From contig JALAGF010002361.1 of assembly GCA_030167865.1 (NCBI GenBank), positions 1-64,000 on the forward strand: a DNA stretch of 64,000 nt, in the 5' to 3' direction. The notes beneath the pieces are model-generated. The model was given only the letters and a program-made list of their open reading frames with translations. It made no database searches and had not been told where the DNA came from. The translations under genes were made by a program, and so were the position numbers. Below, piece by piece: positions 56,141 to 64,000 of this stretch (positions within the stretch are counted from its first letter, which is position 1; each line of letters opens with the position of its first letter). Source of the stretch: Craspedostauros australis. Its lineage: Eukaryota.

Positions 56141-56765
56141 CTATTTGGCCAGGTAAAAGGCTTCGATGGAGGTCTTGAGGTCGTATCCATTGTCTTCCAG
56201 AAACGAAATGCACAAATCGTCCGAGCAGCCTGTCACCGACTTCATCTTGACCACGACGCCTTTCTGCAATTCCTCTCTGCTGTCGGCGGTTGCCAATTTC
56301 ATTTCTTCATCAAGGTCTTCCTTGCGTTTCAGGATGGCATGTTCTGCGCGTGGAGTCATCGCATGAAGAAGGGCACATGCAGTTGGCGAGCATTGGCAAT
56401 CGCATTGGGGAAGGTGAGTGAAGACGAACGAATGAAGCACAAACGTGGTTGTGCGCTCATCTCTCAACACAACACAACACAACACAACACAACACGACAC
56501 AATACGAGACGTTTCCTTTTCCACGCTGCAGTCGCTTGTCTTGCCACAGTTGTTGCGACAACAAACGCATCACATTCGTCACACGAGCTGAAGATAACGA
56601 CGCACCGTATGAGAAATCGTATGGCCTCTTGATGTCCTTGCGCAGCACGTCATGGAAGCTGGCTGGAAGTTGGACGATCGGCTTCGATGATGCCGCAGTC
56701 GACATCAGCGTCACCCTGCAGCTGGTTAAGTTGGGGTAGTGGATGTCATTGAAGTCTGTCGACAT
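56141..56765 (-). CDS. Small UMA-like + UBA-like protein (UBAP1/MVB12-like candidate ESCRT-I subunit), ~120 aa, 2 exons
   Basis: Exons 56765-56606 and 56343-56141 (GTGCGT...GCAG, phase 1). Splicing creates VQLPASF...RPYDFSYEHAIL. C-terminus VVKMKSVTGCSDDLCISFLEDNGYDLKTSIEAFY is a UBA-like three-helix domain. Confidence 0.7.
56466..56502. repeat. (CAACA)n pentanucleotide microsatellite inside the intron of the UMA-UBA gene
   Basis: Direct reading. Confidence 0.88.
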
Positions 56766-57517
56766 TGTATTGGATTGTGCTAGTAATAGTATCGTATTGT
56801 GTTGGCAAGGTGGTATTATACGAGCTGGAGTAACGTTCGTTGGTGTTGAGATCAGCGAGAATGAGAATCAAGGGGGCTCAAAGGGAGCACAGAGGGATTG
56901 TGGCGAATGTTGTCGCAACACAACGATGGGACCCAACGAGGGAAGTCCAACGACGAGGGAGGGTCGCAGGTTTCGCAACGAAGGAGAACGAGCCCGAGAA
57001 CTGCGACCATTTCGGGAGGTTTGTGTCTCCATACGACTAATACGATCCAAATCCAACGGGGATTATTTCTGCCGTTCTGTGTGGAGCGCCATTGTCGCAT
57101 TTTCTGTCGTGAAGAACAATGCCGAAATCATGTGTCGTTTGTTCACGACTCGGAAGGCCATCACGGACATCGACACGAAGTCCAACAATCACCACCATCT
57201 CCCTCTCATGTGCGCAACTCTCCCGACAATTGTGTCGTGGTCGTAGTGTCTACGGCCGTATCTTGGCATCGCTGACAGTAGCAACAGCAGCAACAACAGC
57301 AGCAACAACAACAGACATGTGCTGTGTTCGCGTGCGCCCAACCAGATCCCGTGTCACGGCCTGACATCCCTTGGTCACAAATCCGAGCACGAATAGAGTC
57401 GAGTGCATACCAATACATGAGAGGACTCTCGAGTCAATAGCACCCCAAACCCAGCCTACCAGTAACCCCACACCTCTTTCGTCGTCGTTTTCCAGACCGT
57501 CGCCATCCGACCACACA

Positions 57518-58720
57518 ATGTCCGCGCCAGTTGCATCCTTCCCGCCCCCTTCGGCACCGATGGGTGAGAGACCTCCACCCCTGAATCCGAGCTACGTTGC
57601 GCAAGATTTCGGTTTCCATCCCGGCACCCATCAACCAACCTACGCTGATCTGCGCCCCGCCCAGCGCATTCCTTCGAATGGAGGCACAACCGCGCGGCGA
57701 CACATCGACGAGTCAGCTGACGACAACTTCCAACATGATGTTCTTTCATTCGTCTTCCAGACCTTCGACACCGCCGACGTCCCGACGTTGGATGGCAACA
57801 GTGCAGATATGAATTATCCGCGCTCGCGCAGCCATGCCGAAAGGCATGCACGGAATGAGAGCACTAGATCGTCAGAATCTTCAGTTCCATCCTCCTCCTC
57901 ATCATACTCCTTTGTGAGGAGAGAATCGCCTGCTGCGGGTTGCCCATCTCCAGCAGAAACACCACCATTGCCAGCAAACGCCCCACGGCAAGTTTCAACC
58001 TCGAACGAAGAAATGGCTGGAATGCATCGATCAGCCCCGCACAGCACCACCGTAGATGCGAGTCACAGGGATTCCGATAGCGAGGCATTCGAACGCTTGG
58101 CAGCGTCATTCAACCCATCGAATATCCAGACCGTCGTGATGGACGAGGAGATCATCGACCAACAACCCGCCGATTCCGATGACAACGGTAGCGACAATGG
58201 CAGTGCCAGTGCCAACGAAGAACATGCAACCCGACGAGGATTTTCTTCATTCATTGGCAACGGATGGAACCGATCCAAATCACCCAAAGACTGCAAAGAG
58301 TCAACCTTGAAGGAAGAGAGCGAGCTGTCTGCCAAGTTCAGAAAAATGGCGTGGGGGACGAAGCGTATGGCGACATCCACGGCAAAGAAGGCATACACAA
58401 CCGCGCGCAACAACGAGGAGAACCTTAATCACATCAAGACCACCGGCCAAAAGGCGCTGCACAGATCCATCGGTCTCGTCACCAAGGCCACCGCCCACGC
58501 GACGAAGCAAACGCAGGAAACGGTTGGAGAGGTTGTGTTGCCAGGTCTCCGCCGTGCGGCGGGAAAGGTGACGTCCACAGTTTCTTCGAAGGTTGCTTCC
58601 GTGGCACCCAATCTGCAACGGAGATCTTCCAATGCCACGTCTGGCTCGGCGGGCACCACGGACACACCGGATGGTGCGCAGCCAGCGCAAACGACCGCGG
58701 CGACAGAATCTACGTTGTAG
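57518..58720 (+). CDS. Uncharacterised protein, ~400 aa, N-terminal PSAP/Pro-rich motif, basic amphipathic C-terminal third
   Basis: Open frame from ATG 57518 (MSAPVASFPPPSAPMGERPPPLNPSY). Confidence 0.75.
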   Translation: MSAPVASFPPPSAPMGERPPPLNPSYVAQDFGFHPGTHQPTYADLRPAQRIPSNGGTTARRHIDESADDNFQHDVLSFVFQTFDTADVPTLDGNSADMNYPRSRSHAERHARNESTRSSESSVPSSSSSYSFVRRESPAAGCPSPAETPPLPANAPRQVSTSNEEMAGMHRSAPHSTTVDASHRDSDSEAFERLAASFNPSNIQTVVMDEEIIDQQPADSDDNGSDNGSASANEEHATRRGFSSFIGNGWNRSKSPKDCKESTLKEESELSAKFRKMAWGTKRMATSTAKKAYTTARNNEENLNHIKTTGQKALHRSIGLVTKATAHATKQTQETVGEVVLPGLRRAAGKVTSTVSSKVASVAPNLQRRSSNATSGSAGTTDTPDGAQPAQTTAATESTL

Positions 58721-60201
58721 CTCGACAATCAACATCACGGATACTCGACGGCAACTATGCTGCACAGGAGACGGGTTCGTAGCAATCCCCACATTACAAA
58801 GAGCAATAGTACAATTCTTTGCGCCCTACTCTGTGTTTACTTGGTGCCCGATTCTGCGGCATATTCTGCATGATGAAGGTCTTGCTATTGGCCATCCGCA
58901 TCGAAGGCGAGCTCCATCTGGATCTTGCTGTCAGCATCGCCAGCGCACAGCGCAGCCTCGTCGTTGAAGGCCGCCTTGCATTCACTAACCTGGATGGTGG
59001 GTGGCATGACCGTCAAGTCATCTCCTCGACGAGAACTCTCCAACTGTCGTTGCTTCGATTCAGACCACCACAAGGCAATGCCTACATGCGGCAGGATTGC
59101 CATGCTCAGCTCTACCCTCCGCCGCATTCGCAGTCTTGGCGTGCTGCGATGGGATGTTGGCTGTTTGGCACTTTCGATTGTTGACTGTTTGTGATAGTCT
59201 CAAGCGTTTCTGACTGTTTGAAATTTGGCTGTTTGTCAAGAGTTCTTCATGCTCCGAACATACACGATACTTAACCAACTAAAGACGTATTTACCGTTAC
59301 TCTCACGACGATGATTGACAAAATCGAACACGGCTTTGGACATGGCAAACAGAAGAGCTTTTCAACAAAGGAACACAGTCGTGAAGCCCTTCCGAACTCC
59401 TCTCATCCGCACCAGCCACTTGTGTGGAGGCGCCGAGATGACAACATGCCGAAAGAGATGGGCTGCATTCAGCACGAAGTCGCAAAGATCTGCAACTTTC
59501 GCAGAACACGGAGGGAGAAAACACCATGAGGTATCGCGCATGTTGCATTCCTATCACTCAAGGAGCAACTTGAAGCAAGGAAGACAATCCCTGTGACACT
59601 TGTGGCACTTGGTTTAGACGGAACTCGGCGTCCAGGCGTGACCCTGCGGGACTACTCGTCATGTCCACCAGCGAGAGGGAAACAAGACGTTCAAGCCGCC
59701 AACCCGTCTCCTGTGGGCACCAAAGTCGCACGAAGTGCCATTCGCACAGATCCACGCGTTGTACGACTGCCACCAGCCTTCTTTGTTTGGAGAAGATCGC
59801 GTGGTGGTCCGTTGTGTGATGCACGACTACCGCACTGTTCTTGTATCATTTTTAACCGTGTTCTCAGTGACACAATTCGACAATGTCTCTCTCAATCGCC
59901 TCTGTCATAATTGTAGCCACACGGTTTCAGGAAAAAAGTCACAACGCCTTTCACTGGTTGCTTCAGTCGCCACGAAGACAAGCAACGCCAGCAGCGACGT
60001 TGATGGCGCAGCTGCGCAACAGCAACTGCATGTTGATGGGTCGCGATGGTGGAACAACAGACGCCTGCACAACCTTTCTGTGACGAGAACAACACCACCA
60101 TCATCAACACTCGTAACGATCACAACCATAAGAACGATCACAACGATCACAACAACGGGGTGAGCATCGAACCTCTCTCCACACGAAAGCAACTCTCAAC
60201 C

Positions 60202-63200
60202 ATGACGACGATGAATGATACCTGCATGCCACCAAGCGGCGACGACAAACACGATGATGGGACCATGACTTCCCGCACCGCTGACGGCGATACCATTACT
60301 TCCTGTGATCATCCTTCATCAATCGCCAGCAATGGGAGATGCAATCCGACGGGATATGAGATGCGCTTGTCTCTCGCCACGAATCCATCGACTTTCCTCG
60401 AGACGATATCCGCAACGTCCACCGACTTCAGCACAAGAAGCGATGCCCACACCCAACACTCGGACGGTGGACAGTCCCGCCAATTCGTCACCGATAGATT
60501 GTCCTCAAGCCGATACAGCGTTCTGAACAGTGGCGCGGATCGTCTTCCAGTGCTCGCAACAGAGACCAATCGCATGCGCACATCTAGAAAGCTGGCAGAG
60601 ATCTCCCAAGCATCTTTGGACTTCTCGCGCGTCACCCTGATCGGAAGGGACAAGGAACAACGGGCTCTGGACCATGCATTCCAACAGATCCTCAAGAAGC
60701 CAACACTTGCAGTCTCGGCATTTTCTTCGTTGAATAAAGGCGGCGCACACCATAGAGGCCGCACCCACAAACGCAATTCAGTCAATCGCAATACCGGCGA
60801 AGCTGACAGCAGTGGCAGCTGCATCGACCAACATTCGGAAACGCACAAGACTAGCATCCGATCTCTCGTGTCCATCTCGGGGTACTCTGGCACCGGGAAA
60901 TCAGCGTTGGCTGCCACTCTTCGTCCAAAATGCATGGCTAACAACGTCTTCTTCGTTTCCGGAAAATTCGATCTGAAGCAGATGGATGAACCGTACTCCG
61001 GTTTCCGAACTGCCATGACCAATCTGTGCTCGCAAATCTGCAGCCTTCCAAGGGCTGATGCTGATGCCAATGCGACTGGCGGTGTACTAATACCTGAGAG
61101 ACGGGATAGCCGGAGCTTCGATGTGATCAGGCAGCGCATCGTCCAGGGTCTCAACATCGATGAGCTACGATCGCTCCACAACCTCATTCCGAACCTCGTC
61201 GATGTCATTGGCAAAGATACACTGTGTGACACAGGCATCCCAGGTAATGACAGCGACGCAAGTACCGTAGTATCAGCCAGCCACCGTGCACACGCAAACA
61301 CAGAAGGCTTCAAGGAGCGGTCTATCAGGCTCAAGTTCGCCTTCCGCCGATTCATCACGGTCATCTGCACCTACTGCCCCCTCGTATGGGTATCCGACGA
61401 TGTCCAATGGGCTGACAAAGAGTCGCTCAACATGATCGAGTCATGTTTGTTGGACACCACCATCTCCTCCCTCATGATTGTCATCTGCTTCCGATCAAAT
61501 CTCGTCAGCACGGATGGAATCGACGGCAGTCGCGTCGATAGTGGGAATATCCACATCTCCGATTTGAATTCTGTGACAACGTCCAGCACAACCAGTCTGG
61601 TTGGCGACATGCTGGTGTCGATCCAGAAGAAGCGACGGGAGCGCCTCCTTCGGTACACCAATCTGGAGGTCAACAACTTGTTGTTGGACAACGTGCACGT
61701 CATGCTCAAACAGTTGTTAGGAATATACAACGATGATGACCACAGTGACGGTGAATATGGGGGCAACAGAAACGACAGCAGCTACGGACTGGCAGAAATC
61801 GTCTTCAAGAAGACCGATGGCAACGTCTTCTTCGTCCAACAGTTCATCCGGATGCTCGTCAAGGACAAACTCCTAGCATACAGCATCGCGTCGACGAAGT
61901 GGGTGTGGGATAATGATCAGATCAAGCAGAAGACTCCGGCAACCATCAATGTGGCGGAGCTGATGGAACTGAAGCTGCAGCAGATCGACACGGCGCAGTA
62001 CCTGTTGCCCTTGGCCGCATGTTTGGGATCCACGTTTTCGTGGCTGCTGTTGCGGACAGTGCTGGAGGGATTCACAGAGGACGATGAAACAAGCGAAGTG
62101 GGCCATCGAGCACTGTACGAGTCTTTGTTTGGTGGACCGCCGCCATCAAGCGAAGCTGAATGGTTGGATATCCTGGAGACCTATGAAGGGGAAGGGCTGA
62201 TCGAATCTCATGCCGATAGCGGCAGCAGCAGCAGCAGCGGCTCTACTGACGAGTCCGCACCACCCGCGGCATCGCCAACACCAGCGTCCGCTGCATCGGC
62301 GTACTCCTTCATTCATGACAAGGTACAGGAGGCGGCATTGGGGATGATTTCTTCCAAAATGCACCTTCTGGAGCTGCAGCATCGCATCGGACTTATGTTG
62401 ATGCATCGGTTGTCGCCGGATGATTTTGAGTCGTCGTTGTTCGTGGTGGCAAATCTTCTCAATGCCCGTCTGGATATGATCCCGCAGTATCCATCATCGT
62501 CACCAACGACGCCAAAGGCAAATGCCATCGATGTCATCGATGTCATCGATGTCGCGCAAACGGTACGCTTCCGGATTGCAAAGCTCAATCTCGACGCTGG
62601 TACCGTTGCTGCATCTCACTCGGCCTTTCGAGCAGCCTTCAAATACTTCCAAAACGCCATCGACATGATGCCGCACAACCACTGGAAGTCGCATTACGAC
62701 ATGAGTCTCCAACTGTTCACGTCAGCCACGGAGTGCGCTTACGCGAGCAACAAGTACGAGATGATGCAGAAGTATGGTCGCGTGGTGATCGAGCGAGAGA
62801 ACTGCCCTCTTATCGACAAGATGAGGGTGTATCACGTGCTCATGGATGGGGAGGTGGCGATGCTGCAGCGTACCAAACAGAGCGATGTGATGAAGCTAGG
62901 CACCGAAGTGATGGCGCAGCTTGGGTATCGGTATCCCAAGAACAATATCATGAGGCTGCTGATCGTCGTCAGAGGGATGCTCAAGCTGAAGGCATCCACA
63001 AAGAAATGGACGATCGAATATTTGGACTCGATGCAACCAATAGAAGATCCGATGGACGAGTTCATTCTGAAAACCATGGACAAGTACGGGTGGGCCGCAT
63101 CTATTTGCGATCGAGACTTGCATCCTTTGATCACAATCGATGGCATCAACGACGCGCTGACGAGAGGGAGATGCAACGGCACTCCAGTTGCTCTGGCAAG

Positions 63201-64000
63201 TCTTGCGATGGTCGTAGGTCCCATTCTGGGAGATTGGGATTCTGCAAGGCTGTATACCGACTATGCACTCAAAATGCACCTCACAATGAACGATAAAGCA
63301 TCAGAAACCCGGACTACGCTTATTTCGTATGGCATGGTATTGAACAATCTCATCCCGTACGAGAGCTGCAAGCAACCAATGCTGGACGTCTATTCGGGAG
63401 GTATGGCTGCAGGAGACGTTTACGCTGCGATGTGGATCATCGTCTTCTACCTCGACCTGTGCTTTCTCACAGCCAAGCCGTTGGAAAGCTTGGATGCAGA
63501 CTTCTCGAGTTGGAAGAAAGTGTGCGAAGACTTTCATCAGCACAAGATTTCTGAACAGCTGTCCACCAGGTGGCAAATGGTGTTGACTCTGAGAGAACAA
63601 TCTGATGGACAGGTCGTCCTCGTCGGTGACGCATATGATGAAATCGCAGCCATGCAACGCATCGAAGAAACCAATGACGAGCCGCTGAAAGTGGACATGC
63701 TTCGCACGAAACTTTTCGCTGCAGTGTACATCGGGGATTACTATGGAGCTGCCGAGACGGCTTTGGGCAACTACGATGTCCAACTCAAAGGGTTGCCTTC
63801 CTACATCACGACGATGCCGATAATATTTCTCTCCTCTTTTTCAGCAACGATTACTTGCCACGAAGATGCGCACCTCACACGGTCCAAGCGCAACAAGATC
63901 AAGCGCTTTGCCCAGCGATCCCGCAAGGCACTCCAAGCTGCCGTGGACAGAGGCAATCCGAACGCGGTGCATTACCTTGCCATCCTCACTGCGGAGAGGG
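60202..64000 (+). CDS. COG3899-type predicted ATPase (AAA_16/STAND-like NTPase + helical repeats), partial, >1260 aa, runs off the window
   Basis: Absent from the ORF track because there is no stop in the window. Hand translation: LDFSRVTLIGRDKEQ, Walker A ISGYSGTGKS, FVSGKFDL...EPYS, Walker B PLVWVSDDVQWAD, KTDGNVFFV, YSFIHDKVQEAA, KLNLDAG...SAFRAAFKYF, GNPNAVHYLAILTAE. Confidence 0.9.
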   Translation, partial: MTTMNDTCMPPSGDDKHDDGTMTSRTADGDTITSCDHPSSIASNGRCNPTGYEMRLSLATNPSTFLETISATSTDFSTRSDAHTQHSDGGQSRQFVTDRLSSSRYSVLNSGADRLPVLATETNRMRTSRKLAEISQASLDFSRVTLIGRDKEQRALDHAFQQILKKPTLAVSAFSSLNKGGAHHRGRTHKRNSVNRNTGEADSSGSCIDQHSETHKTSIRSLVSISGYSGTGKSALAATLRPKCMANNVFFVSGKFDLKQMDEPYSGFRTAMTNLCSQICSLPRADADANATGGVLIPERRDSRSFDVIRQRIVQGLNIDELRSLHNLIPNLVDVIGKDTLCDTGIPGNDSDASTVVSASHRAHANTEGFKERSIRLKFAFRRFITVICTYCPLVWVSDDVQWADKESLNMIESCLLDTTISSLMIVICFRSNLVSTDGIDGSRVDSGNIHISDLNSVTTSSTTSLVGDMLVSIQKKRRERLLRYTNLEVNNLLLDNVHVMLKQLLGIYNDDDHSDGEYGGNRNDSSYGLAEIVFKKTDGNVFFVQQFIRMLVKDKLLAYSIASTKWVWDNDQIKQKTPATINVAELMELKLQQIDTAQYLLPLAACLGSTFSWLLLRTVLEGFTEDDETSEVGHRALYESLFGGPPPSSEAEWLDILETYEGEGLIESHADSGSSSSSGSTDESAPPAASPTPASAASAYSFIHDKVQEAALGMISSKMHLLELQHRIGLMLMHRLSPDDFESSLFVVANLLNARLDMIPQYPSSSPTTPKANAIDVIDVIDVAQTVRFRIAKLNLDAGTVAASHSAFRAAFKYFQNAIDMMPHNHWKSHYDMSLQLFTSATECAYASNKYEMMQKYGRVVIERENCPLIDKMRVYHVLMDGEVAMLQRTKQSDVMKLGTEVMAQLGYRYPKNNIMRLLIVVRGMLKLKASTKKWTIEYLDSMQPIEDPMDEFILKTMDKYGWAASICDRDLHPLITIDGINDALTRGRCNGTPVALASLAMVVGPILGDWDSARLYTDYALKMHLTMNDKASETRTTLISYGMVLNNLIPYESCKQPMLDVYSGGMAAGDVYAAMWIIVFYLDLCFLTAKPLESLDADFSSWKKVCEDFHQHKISEQLSTRWQMVLTLREQSDGQVVLVGDAYDEIAAMQRIEETNDEPLKVDMLRTKLFAAVYIGDYYGAAETALGNYDVQLKGLPSYITTMPIIFLSSFSATITCHEDAHLTRSKRNKIKRFAQRSRKALQAAVDRGNPNAVHYLAILTAER

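Noticed and set aside
55658-56632. 324-aa plus-strand ORF
   Set aside because: Antisense to the UMA-UBA gene, spans a microsatellite, no domain.
59311-59910. Frame with one TGA containing EHGFGHGKQ, reminiscent of a bacterial transposase motif
   Set aside because: Single short motif with no other transposase features; likely coincidence.
1-64000. tRNA/rRNA genes
   Set aside because: No cloverleaf with a T-loop consensus or rRNA signature recognised by eye; tRNAscan-SE/Infernal were not run.

Overview
Eukaryotic nuclear DNA, most likely from a diatom. This rests on the diatom-type HSF, an ASAFAP-like plastid presequence, single-domain EukCatA-type channels, a KxxK silaffin-like protein, a CoDi-like Copia gag and sparse GT-AG introns. 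Bases 1-~5,200 hold an assembly gap and decayed transposable-element sequence: a Copia gag with two zinc knuckles, broken mainly by TGA stops that look like CpG deamination. The rest is gene-dense. In order: a heat-shock factor; a plastid-targeted, membrane-anchored prolyl-4-hydroxylase-like oxygenase; listerin/LTN1; a 5-exon silaffin-like secreted protein with micro-exons; an unknown membrane protein; a DUF1295 protein; two low-complexity orphans; a two-domain DUF616 + GT-like Golgi enzyme; an ER membrane protein; a transposase-like DNA-binding protein with no catalytic domain; two tandem metallophosphoesterase-like paralogues with degenerate metal ligands; two single-domain voltage-gated channels with different selectivity filters flanking ATG5; a small UMA+UBA (UBAP1/MVB12-like) gene head-to-head with a PSAP-motif protein; and a COG3899-type STAND/AAA ATPase running off the right edge. 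All assignments come from manual motif recognition and hand splicing; no database searches were run. The silaffin-like gene, the UMA-UBA gene, the fused glycosyltransferase and the ATPase are not visible as whole proteins in the ORF track.
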